The notes beneath the pieces are model-generated. The model worked only from the letters and a program-made list of their open reading frames with translations. It had not been told where the DNA came from and did no database searches. Source: Candidatus Poribacteria bacterium (lineage in GTDB: Bacteria; Poribacteria; WGA-4E; WGA-3G). Taken from it: a stretch of DNA of 64,000 bases. The position numbers were made by a program, and so were the translations under genes. Where the stretch lies: NCBI GenBank assembly GCA_965205015.1, contig OZ242029.1, positions 224,001 through 288,000 of the forward strand, read 5' to 3'. Below are positions 37,126 through 46,420 of the stretch, piece after piece (the first letter of the stretch is position 1; every line of letters begins with the position of its first letter).

Positions 37126-40100
37126 ATGTTAAAATCTGTCTACACCTTTTCTGTCTGTTTCATTCTTTTTCTCACATTGCTCCATCCAGCAAACGCAGCC
37201 CCAACTGACCCTGTGAACATCTCCGACGCTGCCCTCCGGGCTGCCATCGAAACCGAACTCGGCAAGAATCCCGGAGACACAATCACCGAAGCGGATATGG
37301 AGCAACTGACGAATCTCAAGAAAAACAACCTTGACATTCGGGAGCTAACGGGTTTGGAGCATGCCATCAACCTCACTGAGCTGCAATTAATTCGCCCGCA
37401 GCCCCGAACTCAGGCAGAGATAGACGCACGCCCTCGTTGGGATCTCACGCCCCTTTCAGGCCTAACGAACTTGGAATGGCTGAACTTTGAAGGTGTTGTA
37501 ATTTTCGACATGAAACCCCTGGCGAATTTAACAAAACTTAAATTCTTATCACTTAACTCTACTTATGGCATCAGCGAGGTCCCCGACCTATCGAAACTCA
37601 CAGCGTTGGTCCACCTAAGACTTACCAGAAATCGCCTCACGAACATAGCAGGGGTCAGAGGTCTCACAAATTTGAGAGACCTAAGTCTTGCGGTAAATCC
37701 GAACCTCTCGGATATATCGCCCCTGACGAGTTTAAGCAATTTGGAAGTTTTGTTCCTTGATGGGACCGCCATCACCCGCGAATCTCTATCAGCCGTGCTA
37801 CCCTCTTTCTCAACAGAAATTGATCAACAGCAAATAGAAGAAGCATACCCTTCTCACAGCATTAAATCGGGGCAATTAAGTTTTGAGAATACCAACATCT
37901 CCGACCTCTCCGTGTTAGACCGCTTACCCAACGTGTTCTTGGAGAGGCTGCGTATGAAATACATGGGCACCGTATCTAGCGGGACACTCTTTTTCCATCT
38001 GACGGATCTCACCCCTTTGGTGGACCTCATGAACAAGGGAAAAGTCATAAATAGCAATACCAATATTTATTTGAGGTATAACCTCGGGCTCGACTATGAG
38101 TCCCTCTACGAAGACATACCCGCACTCTTAGCCGGTAGTGGAGACTTCCTATATACGGAACCTAACCCTATGCTTGAGATAGAACCACCCCCGCCCCCTA
38201 TGGTTGAGATAGACCTTCAGGAAAAGACAGAAGCATCCTACAGGGGGTATCCCAGAACACGCTACACGTTTAAGGTGCGTGCCGTTAATGAACATTCCGT
38301 CCTCTCTCCAGCATCGTTCTTGACACCACGCCTCATGCGAGATGGTGACGACAACCGGCAATTCGAGAAGGTGCCTGTCACCTTTACCGTTACCGCGCCT
38401 GATGGCAGCAGCGAGATAATGGATCCTGTCAAAACAGGACCCGATGGATTGGCATCCGTCACCATTACCCTTGGAAATGAGGGCGAAACGCATACCGTGA
38501 CAGCAGTCGTCCCAGAAAAGACGACATCCGTCGCTGAACTGTTACATTCCGAACTCAGCGTGCGTTTCACCGTCACAGCAGATGGGACAGTCGAACCGCC
38601 GCCGAGACCGCCACAACCGCCCTCTACTCCTAAACTGACGGTGACCTTTGAGGACTACCCCGAAGAGAAGCCGATCGATGAATTTACGCTCACGATCAAA
38701 TTCTCTGAACCCATCATCGGTTTCGAGACGGAGGACCTCACGGTAGAGACAGAACTCACCAGCGGGAAAGGGGACGCAACCGTGCTAGACTTGACCCCCG
38801 AAACACCAATACACCCCGATAGACCCGACCCTGACCCCATACAGACCTACACCGCAACCGTGGAACTTCCGTCCCGCGCAAGAGGCACCGTGACGCTCAT
38901 CGTCCGAGAAGATGCCGCAACCACCCCAGCAACTGCCCCTGTGGAGAAGAGAGGTCCCGCTTCAGACACCCCCTCCGACCCTATCGAGTTCGGACGCAGA
39001 CGTGTGATCGTCTGTCCACCATCTGTCGTGCCTATGGAGACAGTCATCTTCAACGAATTTCGAAACGCTGAAAACGACACACACGACTGGATAGAACTCA
39101 AGAACATCTCCGATGAAGACATGTCCCTCGCCGAATGGGAGATCAGTCTTGTCGTCCCGCACGCCATCAGTCCGGCGGCACCGCAACAGGAAATCTTCGC
39201 AATGGATCGGGATGTCGTCGCCTTTGGAGACTATACACTCCCCGCAGGGGGTATCCTGCTGATCGTCAATACCCACCCCAGCGAGACGGATCTGATACGC
39301 GGGCAGGACATCGAAAATCCCAACCGCAACCCCGATCTCCTCCCCCACTATCTCATCGCACCGGAGATGAAGTTGCCGAGTACCCCCTATCTGCTCATCC
39401 TCCGGAGTGTGCGCGATAAGAACGGTCAACACGAAGGCTTTGAAGACCTCGCAGGCGATTACCACAAAGACGATGTCAACTACGCTACCAACATCTGGCC
39501 CCTGCTCTGTACCCCTGTCTATACCGGCACAGAGGCACGGTTCACCGTAGGCGACATCTATCAGCGGGTCATGGTGCCAAAGTTTTCGTCGAGGACCCTG
39601 AACACCACGCCACAGCCGGAGAAACGCGGCTACCTTGAGGGTGCCTGGATGTTGAGCGACTCTCATAGTGGGTTAGGCTATGACCCCGAGGCACCCCCTG
39701 ACAAGAGTCTCGGCACGCCGGGGTATCCGCTGCCGGGACAACCGACTGAAAAGGGATGGGGAAACATCAGTTTTTCTGAGGTGATGTATGCGACGAACGA
39801 TAACGGAGGACTCTCGCAGTGGATAGAACTCTATAACAACACCTCTGAGATCGTGGACCTCACGGATTGGGAGCTCATGATTGAGGCACGCGACAGCAAA
39901 ACCGTCCGACGTTGGACATCGCTTCGGTTCAAACCGCTACACATCAGACCGAACGCAACCGTGCTACTGGTGGGGCGGAACGCCCGAACCTCAGGGAACA
40001 TCCCTGCCGATCGGATTTACGATCTCTACCGTCGCAACATTGCGGCGTTTCGGCGGCTCGGCGAGGGTGCGAACCGATTCCTCGGATGGGAGGGGTTTGC

Positions 40101-40743
40101 GCTGCGGTTGTTCTCCCCCGACGGCACTTTGGTGGATGTTGCGGGGAACCTCGATGGACGGCAAACGCACGATAAACCGAAGTGGGAGTTGCCCGACGGC
40201 TGGACGGAAACCGGGACCCGTACCTCGTTGATCCGGGGGTATGATGCGCGTGTGCCACGGTTAGGGACGCTGCCCGGCAGTTTCGTACGGGCGGCGGATA
40301 CAGCGTTGCTCAAGGGATATTCGTATTGGGGACTTCCGACAGATAATGGGACCCCGGGGTATCGGCGGGGGAGTCCCCTGCCTGTAACACTGTCGAGTGT
40401 GCGTGCGGATCGTGCCGAGGGCGGGGTCGTAGTGGACTGGACGACGCAATCGGAGATGGAGAACGCCGGGTTCTATGTGCTGCGAAGTCAGAACAGCAAA
40501 ACGGGATTCGTGAAAGTGAGCCCGACGCTGATTCCTGGAGCAGGCACGACTGCCGAACGGAGCACGTATACCTACCGAGATACCACGGCGCAACCGAATG
40601 TGCCGTATTATTATCGGCTCGAAGAGGTCTCGCTATCCGGGGAGCGTCGTGTTTTGGCGACCGTGCGGCTACGCGGGCATCTCTCCGCTGCGGGAAAGAC
40701 GCTTTGGAAGTGGGCGGATGTGAAATCCGAGATTTCCCCTTGA
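37126..40743 (+). CDS. Secreted internalin-like LRR / Ig-like / lamin-tail-domain surface protein
   Basis: Signal peptide; ISDAALRAAI cap; LRRs (LTPLSGLTNLEWL); Pro-rich linkers; two LTD-like motifs (IFNEF...DWIELKN, FSEVMY...QWIELYN); PVTLSS...WTTQSEMENAGF; KTLWKWADVK tail. Confidence 0.85.
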   Translation: MLKSVYTFSVCFILFLTLLHPANAAPTDPVNISDAALRAAIETELGKNPGDTITEADMEQLTNLKKNNLDIRELTGLEHAINLTELQLIRPQPRTQAEIDARPRWDLTPLSGLTNLEWLNFEGVVIFDMKPLANLTKLKFLSLNSTYGISEVPDLSKLTALVHLRLTRNRLTNIAGVRGLTNLRDLSLAVNPNLSDISPLTSLSNLEVLFLDGTAITRESLSAVLPSFSTEIDQQQIEEAYPSHSIKSGQLSFENTNISDLSVLDRLPNVFLERLRMKYMGTVSSGTLFFHLTDLTPLVDLMNKGKVINSNTNIYLRYNLGLDYESLYEDIPALLAGSGDFLYTEPNPMLEIEPPPPPMVEIDLQEKTEASYRGYPRTRYTFKVRAVNEHSVLSPASFLTPRLMRDGDDNRQFEKVPVTFTVTAPDGSSEIMDPVKTGPDGLASVTITLGNEGETHTVTAVVPEKTTSVAELLHSELSVRFTVTADGTVEPPPRPPQPPSTPKLTVTFEDYPEEKPIDEFTLTIKFSEPIIGFETEDLTVETELTSGKGDATVLDLTPETPIHPDRPDPDPIQTYTATVELPSRARGTVTLIVREDAATTPATAPVEKRGPASDTPSDPIEFGRRRVIVCPPSVVPMETVIFNEFRNAENDTHDWIELKNISDEDMSLAEWEISLVVPHAISPAAPQQEIFAMDRDVVAFGDYTLPAGGILLIVNTHPSETDLIRGQDIENPNRNPDLLPHYLIAPEMKLPSTPYLLILRSVRDKNGQHEGFEDLAGDYHKDDVNYATNIWPLLCTPVYTGTEARFTVGDIYQRVMVPKFSSRTLNTTPQPEKRGYLEGAWMLSDSHSGLGYDPEAPPDKSLGTPGYPLPGQPTEKGWGNISFSEVMYATNDNGGLSQWIELYNNTSEIVDLTDWELMIEARDSKTVRRWTSLRFKPLHIRPNATVLLVGRNARTSGNIPADRIYDLYRRNIAAFRRLGEGANRFLGWEGFALRLFSPDGTLVDVAGNLDGRQTHDKPKWELPDGWTETGTRTSLIRGYDARVPRLGTLPGSFVRAADTALLKGYSYWGLPTDNGTPGYRRGSPLPVTLSSVRADRAEGGVVVDWTTQSEMENAGFYVLRSQNSKTGFVKVSPTLIPGAGTTAERSTYTYRDTTAQPNVPYYYRLEEVSLSGERRVLATVRLRGHLSAAGKTLWKWADVKSEISP

Positions 40744-40768
40744 TAATCTCTCCAAGATACGGTATAAT
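40740..40768 (+). promoter_or_regulatory. sigma70-type promoter
   Basis: TTGATA-N17-TATAAT. Confidence 0.65.
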
Positions 40769-40787
40769 TAGTGCTACACTATTCCCC

Positions 40788-40827
40788 AAGGAGCGTTTTA
40801 TGAAACAGATAGATGGCGGGATTACAA
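40788..40827 (+). repeat. Diverged duplicate of the argJ RBS and first 9 codons
   Basis: AAGGAGCGTTTTATGAAACAGATAGATGGCGGGATTACA vs AAGGAGCCGTTCATGAAACAGATAGAAGGCGGAATCACC at 41782. Confidence 0.85.
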
Positions 40828-40902
40828 CGCACTTATTGTTACCGACCCGCCAACGACTGTGCTTGAAAACAGCGACGATGCCGCGGATAGGTATGGAGAG
40901 GT

Positions 40903-41751
40903 TTGATGTCTACTGACAATTCAAAGGCAGATCGCGATTTTTTAGACCCTGTTTTCAAAGAGGTCATGACGTTTAACTTCGCTCAATTGGCTCTGCCTGT
41001 CGAAACGCAAGTGGAAATTAGTCGCCTTCCTCGGACGATGGATGCTCTTATTGTTCTTGAACAGCCCCTTGAACGTGAGAAAGTTCGTGAGCAAACGGTT
41101 TTCAATTACTTCCGGGTCTACAATCAGATTGAATTCAAAGGGAAAAACGATCCGCTCACACGGGACGAGTATAATCTCATTCGAGGGCGAAGCTATCTTT
41201 ATCTTGGGGAAAAGAAGATCTCCGCGTCTTTAATGACAGTTACAATCATTTCCGCCCGGCAACCGAGGAACGTCCTCTATCATTCCACTCTCGACGTGAA
41301 ATGGAAATCGGAAAGCGCAGGACATTACAAAAGTGTAGACCTCTTTCCAGTTCACCTCTTTGTGTGCAACGAGCTTGAACTCACCCCAAAGAATTACCCG
41401 CTCCTTCTGTTTGCAGCATCAAAGGAGAAGTTTCGTCAATTTGTTGAGCAAATTGTAGGCGAGGACAATATAACTTACATCTACTATGCTTCGCGTGTTG
41501 AACCAACAGTCACAAAAGAGGTTTTAAAAATGGCAAGAAAACAGAATTTATACGAAAAACAACTTCAGCGAATCGTTGATAGCATGGGGGCGGATCTGCT
41601 ACAAAAAATGACCCCGGAAGAACGTATGCATGGATTGACGGTTTCTGAAAGGTTAGCAGGACTCAGCCCAGAAGATTTACGCGCTTTGGACCCGAAAGTG
41701 AAAGCAGCACTCTTGGAGATGTTGAATCAACCAGACGAAACGCAAGTTTAA
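40903..41751 (+). CDS. Hypothetical protein, possibly PD-(D/E)xK / Rpn-like
   Basis: PRTMDALIV...NQIEFKG spacing; C-terminal PEERMHGL..SERLAGLSPE repeats. Confidence 0.6.
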   Translation: MMSTDNSKADRDFLDPVFKEVMTFNFAQLALPVETQVEISRLPRTMDALIVLEQPLEREKVREQTVFNYFRVYNQIEFKGKNDPLTRDEYNLIRGRSYLYLGEKKISASLMTVTIISARQPRNVLYHSTLDVKWKSESAGHYKSVDLFPVHLFVCNELELTPKNYPLLLFAASKEKFRQFVEQIVGEDNITYIYYASRVEPTVTKEVLKMARKQNLYEKQLQRIVDSMGADLLQKMTPEERMHGLTVSERLAGLSPEDLRALDPKVKAALLEMLNQPDETQV

Positions 41752-41793
41752 AACGAAACTTATCTACCCCCATTTTTTTACAAGGAGCCGTTC

Positions 41794-42999
41794 ATGAAAC
41801 AGATAGAAGGCGGAATCACCGCAGTCGCCGGTATCCGCGCAGCGGGTCTCCATGCAGGCATTAAAGCCGCAGATGCCAAGGACGTGGCACTCATCGTTAC
41901 CGACACCCCAGCGACCGCCGCCGGGGTTTTCACAAAAAACAGCGTCACCGCAGCGCCCGTGATTGTCTGCCGCGAGCATCTCAGCGACGGACGCGCACAA
42001 GCCGTTATCGTCAATAGCGGGAACGCCAACGCCTGCACCGGCGAGGTCGGCATGGCGAACGCACGACGGATGGCTGCCGCAACCGCCGAACAGATCGGTA
42101 TAGACGCGAACCTCGTTCTCGTCTCTTCTACAGGTGTTATCGGACAGCAATTACCGATGGACACAATCGAAAATGGAATCCAAGCCGCCGCAAGCGCGCT
42201 GAGTCGTGAAGGGGGTGCCGATGCCGCCGAAGCGATTATGACAACGGATACACACCCGAAATCTGTCGCCGTAGAGATCGAAATCGGCGATACACCCGTG
42301 AGGATCGGTGGGATCGCGAAAGGTTCGGGGATGATCGCACCCAATATGGCGACGATGCTCTCCTATCTGACAACAGATGCCCGAATCAACGCCGAAGTGC
42401 TTCAAGCCGCCCTCAATCGTGTCGTAGACGACACCTATAATCTCTTAACCGTTGACACCGATCGCAGCACAAACGATACGGTGCTGATCCTCGCCACTGG
42501 ACATGCCGATAACGCCGAGATTGTTACAGCAGATGGGAAAGATTACGAAGCGTTTTGTGAAGGACTTCAGTTCGTCTGCACCGAATTGGTGAAGATGCTC
42601 GCCCGCGACGGCGAAGGTGCGACGAAACTCGTTGAGGTGATCGTCAAACACGCCAAGAATCGGGACGACGCTGAAAAAGCGGCGCGTGCCGTTGCGGAAT
42701 CACCGCTCGTCAAGACCGCCGTTTTCGCTAACGATGCAAATTGGGGACGGATTATGATGGCGATCGGGAAATCGGGGGCGGAATTTGACCCGTATCAGGT
42801 GGATGTCTGGCTCGCCGATTATCGACTCGTCAAAAACGGAATGGATGCTGGCTATGATGAAGACAAGGCGACCGCGCTGTTCGCACAAGACCCCGTGCGT
42901 ATCACGATTGACCTCCGTGCCGGTGACACAGAAATAACGATGTGGACATGTGATTATTCCTATGACTATATCCGAATCAACGCCGATTACCGGACATAA
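41794..42999 (+). CDS. argJ: Bifunctional ornithine/glutamate N-acetyltransferase
   Basis: NSGNANACTG, STGVIG, IMTTDT, KGSGMIAPNMATML, STND, DGEGATK, DANWGR, INADYRT. Confidence 0.97.
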   Translation: MKQIEGGITAVAGIRAAGLHAGIKAADAKDVALIVTDTPATAAGVFTKNSVTAAPVIVCREHLSDGRAQAVIVNSGNANACTGEVGMANARRMAAATAEQIGIDANLVLVSSTGVIGQQLPMDTIENGIQAAASALSREGGADAAEAIMTTDTHPKSVAVEIEIGDTPVRIGGIAKGSGMIAPNMATMLSYLTTDARINAEVLQAALNRVVDDTYNLLTVDTDRSTNDTVLILATGHADNAEIVTADGKDYEAFCEGLQFVCTELVKMLARDGEGATKLVEVIVKHAKNRDDAEKAARAVAESPLVKTAVFANDANWGRIMMAIGKSGAEFDPYQVDVWLADYRLVKNGMDAGYDEDKATALFAQDPVRITIDLRAGDTEITMWTCDYSYDYIRINADYRT

Positions 43000-43024
43000 A
43001 GTTTAAGAAAAAGGAAAATCAAAA

Positions 43025-43438
43025 ATGAGACACACAACTGAAATCAAACTCGTAAATTTAGGAGATCTGCATGCCGTCAGATTAGGTGTTATGGATCCTG
43101 AAGATGTAAGGAGACTCACTGTTGAGGATGCCCTTGTGGATACCGGTGCTACGCGTCTCTGTCTACCGACATCACTCATTGAGCACCTCGGTCTCACACC
43201 TGTCGACACGCGGAGTGCCCGAACGGCTACTGGCATTGTGGAGCGGACACTCTATTCCGAGGTTGAATATACCCTGTTAGAACGAAGCAGCACCATCCGA
43301 GTAACCGATTTACCTGAAGGTTCACCAGTACTCATCGGACACATGCTCTTGGAAGAACTTGACCTTTGTGTTGATATGAAAAGGGGACTCATCTACAATC
43401 CCGCACACGGTGATGATTGGATTGAAGAGCAACTCTGA
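43025..43438 (+). CDS. Clan AA aspartic protease-like protein
   Basis: ALVDTGATRLCLP; VLIGHMLLEELD. Confidence 0.85.
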   Translation: MRHTTEIKLVNLGDLHAVRLGVMDPEDVRRLTVEDALVDTGATRLCLPTSLIEHLGLTPVDTRSARTATGIVERTLYSEVEYTLLERSSTIRVTDLPEGSPVLIGHMLLEELDLCVDMKRGLIYNPAHGDDWIEEQL

Positions 43439-43498
43439 GGATTCATCAAGATTTTTTGACAAAAATTCAAATTTTTGCTGTTTTTATAGAAAAATAAT

Positions 43499-43527
43499 TT
43501 GACTTTCACTTGCAGGTATGTTAAACT
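43499..43527 (+). promoter_or_regulatory. Promoter of the tRNA cluster
   Basis: TTGACT-N17-TAAACT with an extended TG and an AT-rich upstream region. Confidence 0.55.
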
Positions 43528-43577
43528 ATATACGTTTTGAAATTCGTCGATTTTTCTGCGCGAATTGCCAAAACGAT

Positions 43578-43652
43578 GCGGGAGTAGCTCAGTGGTAGAG
43601 CTCCACCTTGCCAAGGTGGAGGTCGCGAGTTCAAATCTCGTCTCCCGCTCCA
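43578..43652 (+). tRNA. tRNA-Gly(GCC)
   Basis: GCGGGAG stem, CCACC-TTGCCAA-GGTGG, encoded CCA. Confidence 0.96.
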
Positions 43653-43660
43653 TCTTCTAT

Positions 43661-43735
43661 GGTGGCGTAGCCAAGTGGTAAGGCCAGAGTCTGCAAAACT
43701 CTTATTCGTCGGTTCGATTCCGACCGCCACCTCCA
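43661..43735 (+). tRNA. tRNA-Cys(GCA)
   Basis: GGTGGCG stem, AGAGT-CTGCAAA-ACTCT, GGTTCGATTCC, encoded CCA. Confidence 0.96.
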
Positions 43736-43749
43736 TTCTTTTTTTCGAC

Positions 43750-43823
43750 GGGCGGTTAGCTCAGGTGGCTAGAGCGTTTGCTTGACATGCAAGAGGTCAC
43801 TGGTTCAAGTCCAGTACCGCCCA
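43750..43823 (+). tRNA. tRNA-Val(GAC)
   Basis: GGGCGGT stem, TTGC-TTGACAT-GCAA, GGTTCAAGTCC. Confidence 0.95.
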
Positions 43824-43862
43824 TCCTTCCCCTCTCTCTCGACACTGAAGGGCACCGCACCT

Positions 43863-45944
43863 CTATTCCCTAAAAAGCGTGTAATGACATGGGAATCGTT
43901 TGTTCTCAGGCCAGTACTTCTTGAACGTTCTCATATCCACGTTGAGTGCTTCAGAGGCTTCAGCATGGTTCGTGTATAAGTAGGGTGCCCGGCGATAAAT
44001 ATTCCATTCAATTTGCGAAAAGGTCATGCCGCCGAAATAGATACAGCCATGATCTTCAGCCAACCGCTTAGAGAGCACTTTCAAAGTGAGATGCACACTC
44101 CGTATCTGACCACTCACATTTTTGTTCCGCCATGCTGGACGTGAAAAATTCTCCAAGATGAAGAAGTTGATCGGTTCTTTGAGAAGTCTTCTAATCTCGC
44201 CGCGAGAAAACCGTTCGAGCTGGCTCGAAGGTGCTATAGATGTCCAAAGTGAGTCCTCATCTTCTCCCCAATAGGATAACTGTCTCTCAAGTTTTTCAAG
44301 AGAAATACGCAATTCTCTCGCAGCATTTCCTTTGCTCCCCCCATGTTCCTTTACGATCTCGTGCAGAACCGCAGTCAGGCTACCTCTATGGGTTCTTTCT
44401 TTTATACTGACGGGTTCCGCTTCCTCTATGGGTTCGACTCTATGTCGAAGCTTTGATAATTGAGAGATAGCCTCGTCAATGACCTGCCGAATACGTCTGG
44501 ATAAATCAGGCACCGTTAGCGAACGTGCATCCCATTCGTACTCCCAATTGGCAACTTCGCGTTTGGCTCTATCGGCGCGGGCACGCCCGTCATTCGAGAA
44601 TTCTTCCCACCACGCTGTGATTTGGCTGTCAGCGCCACCGGATCCCACATCAGAGAGAAACTGACAGAACACCGCCACCGGCAAATCCAGCAGGTTCTTA
44701 TATATCGGTGTTTCTGGGGTTCCCGAAGATCGCATGCCTACCGGGTTTCCGTTGCCCCCTGCATCGCCTCTATACAGCTGGATGGCTTCCGGGAGGTCTT
44801 CCTGCAAAATCCCCTCACCTTGCGAATTGACGATCGCGCTTTCGAGGCATCTCTCTAACTCTCGAACGTTGCCGGGCCAGTTATAGGCTTCGAGCAATTC
44901 CATCGCTTCTTCAGAAATACCGTGCATGGGTCTCCCATTTTCTTCCTCAATCCGTTGTAGAAAGTGCGTGGTGAGCAACGAAATATCCTCTGTCCGTTCT
45001 CGCAAGGGGGGCAGGTCGATTTGATAGCCACAGAGACGATAGTACAAATCTTCTCGGAAGGTCCCTTGCGCCACCATTTCCCGCAAGTTCTGATTCGTAG
45101 CACTGACGACCCGCACATCCACGCTGCGGGTCTGCATTCCGCCAACGCGTAGGACCTCTCTTTCTTGCAGTACATTGAGAAGGGTCTCTTGTAGGGCAGG
45201 TGTCATATTGCTAATTTCATCTAAAAACAGGGTCCCACCATCCGCCAACTCAAAGCGTCCGGGTTTACCTTCGGGCCTCCCCCCCGTGAAAGCACCCCTT
45301 TCATACCCCAGCAGTTCACTTTCACGCAGTTCGTTCGGGATTGCCCCACAATCAATGGAGATAAACGATCCCGCTGCCCGTTCACTCTCTTCGTGAATTA
45401 AGCGTGCAACCAGCCCTTTCCCAGTGCCTGTTTCCCCCTCAAGCAGCACTGAAACGTTAAGGTCGGCTGCAAGTCCAATTTTTCTATTCAGGTCAAACAT
45501 GACGTCACTTACCCCAACGAGAAAAGACTCGTCCTCCGGCATTTCTCCGTCAGGCATCAAGAAAGTGTTGCTTCGGTCGGTTCGGACAGAGATCCGGCTA
45601 AACGCCCGCTCAAGAGACCGCAGGATATCTTCCATATTCAGGCGTCGAGACAACACCTCTAATGCGCCGAGACGCGTTGCCTTTCTCGCCGTTTGGACGC
45701 CTGCTCCGATCACAATTACAATGACCTCCGGGTGTTCGTGCTTAATGCGTTTCAAGGCGTCCCACCCTCTTTCCGCTGATAATATCACATTGAGCAAGAT
45801 AACTTTTAGATTCTCGGATGCGTGAATATGTCGCAACCCTTCGTCAACGGTGTCAACGCTGATAGGGGAATAGCCTCTATCTGTTAGGAAAATTTCCAAT
45901 TCCTGTGAACTTTGATTGTCGTCAATGATGAGGACGTTTTCCAT
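43863..45944 (-). CDS. sigma54-dependent enhancer-binding protein with degenerate receiver and long C-terminal extension
   Basis: GETGTGK, ESELLGYERGAFTGG, LFLDEI, FREDLYYRL, WPGNVREL. Confidence 0.92.
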   Translation of the reverse strand: MENVLIIDDNQSSQELEIFLTDRGYSPISVDTVDEGLRHIHASENLKVILLNVILSAERGWDALKRIKHEHPEVIVIVIGAGVQTARKATRLGALEVLSRRLNMEDILRSLERAFSRISVRTDRSNTFLMPDGEMPEDESFLVGVSDVMFDLNRKIGLAADLNVSVLLEGETGTGKGLVARLIHEESERAAGSFISIDCGAIPNELRESELLGYERGAFTGGRPEGKPGRFELADGGTLFLDEISNMTPALQETLLNVLQEREVLRVGGMQTRSVDVRVVSATNQNLREMVAQGTFREDLYYRLCGYQIDLPPLRERTEDISLLTTHFLQRIEEENGRPMHGISEEAMELLEAYNWPGNVRELERCLESAIVNSQGEGILQEDLPEAIQLYRGDAGGNGNPVGMRSSGTPETPIYKNLLDLPVAVFCQFLSDVGSGGADSQITAWWEEFSNDGRARADRAKREVANWEYEWDARSLTVPDLSRRIRQVIDEAISQLSKLRHRVEPIEEAEPVSIKERTHRGSLTAVLHEIVKEHGGSKGNAARELRISLEKLERQLSYWGEDEDSLWTSIAPSSQLERFSRGEIRRLLKEPINFFILENFSRPAWRNKNVSGQIRSVHLTLKVLSKRLAEDHGCIYFGGMTFSQIEWNIYRRAPYLYTNHAEASEALNVDMRTFKKYWPENKRFPCHYTLFRE

Positions 45945-45964
45945 GAATTTACCTCTTTCTTTGA

Positions 45965-46020
45965 AAAGTCTCTGCGGTTTTTTGCAAAACTTTTGTGGTT
46001 TCTTACAAAGTTTGTGCTGG
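45965..46020. repeat. 21-bp-period direct repeat array A
   Basis: AAAGTCTCTGCGGTTTTTTGC / AAAACTTTTGTGGTTTCTTAC / AAAGTTTGTGCTGG. Confidence 0.75.
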
Positions 46021-46171
46021 CATCGCTATTTTTTGCCCAAGATAAGTATATCATACATCATAACCGATTTTAAGCAAGTTTCAATCGCTTTTGTAACATG
46101 CGTAAGTTCTATATAACTTAACACGCACCACGAGAAAAAAGTTTACAAGACCATCCATCCGATTTTCCCGG

Positions 46172-46227
46172 CAAGACTTGTGCTGTTTCTTACAAGACCT
46201 ATGCTGTTTCTTACAAAACTTGTGCTG
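46172..46227. repeat. 21-bp-period direct repeat array B
   Basis: CAAGACTTGTGCTGTTTCTTA / CAAGACCTATGCTGTTTCTTA / CAAAACTTGTGCTG. Confidence 0.85.
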
Positions 46228-46267
46228 AAATCGCCATTTTCGCGCCGAATCCTTGGCAACATTGGCT

Positions 46268-46283
46268 TGGCATGAATCTTGCT
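46268..46283 (+). promoter_or_regulatory. sigma54 (-24/-12) promoter
   Basis: TGGCATGAATCTTGCT fits GG-N10-GC; divergent from a sigma54 activator gene. Confidence 0.8.
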
Positions 46284-46420
46284 TTTTTGCTTCCTGAGCT
46301 CATGTCAGAGGTACCTCTGTTTTTGAGCTGTGGACACCCAAACCCGCTACGCGGGTGTGATGTGGGGTCACTCTCGCGGCAGGCGTATTCATTTTCAGAT
46401 TTCAACATAAGGAAATTTTG

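Noticed and set aside
45965-46227. 21-bp arrays as plasmid iterons
   Set aside because: No Rep gene; position between a sigma54 activator and a -24/-12 site favours a regulatory role.
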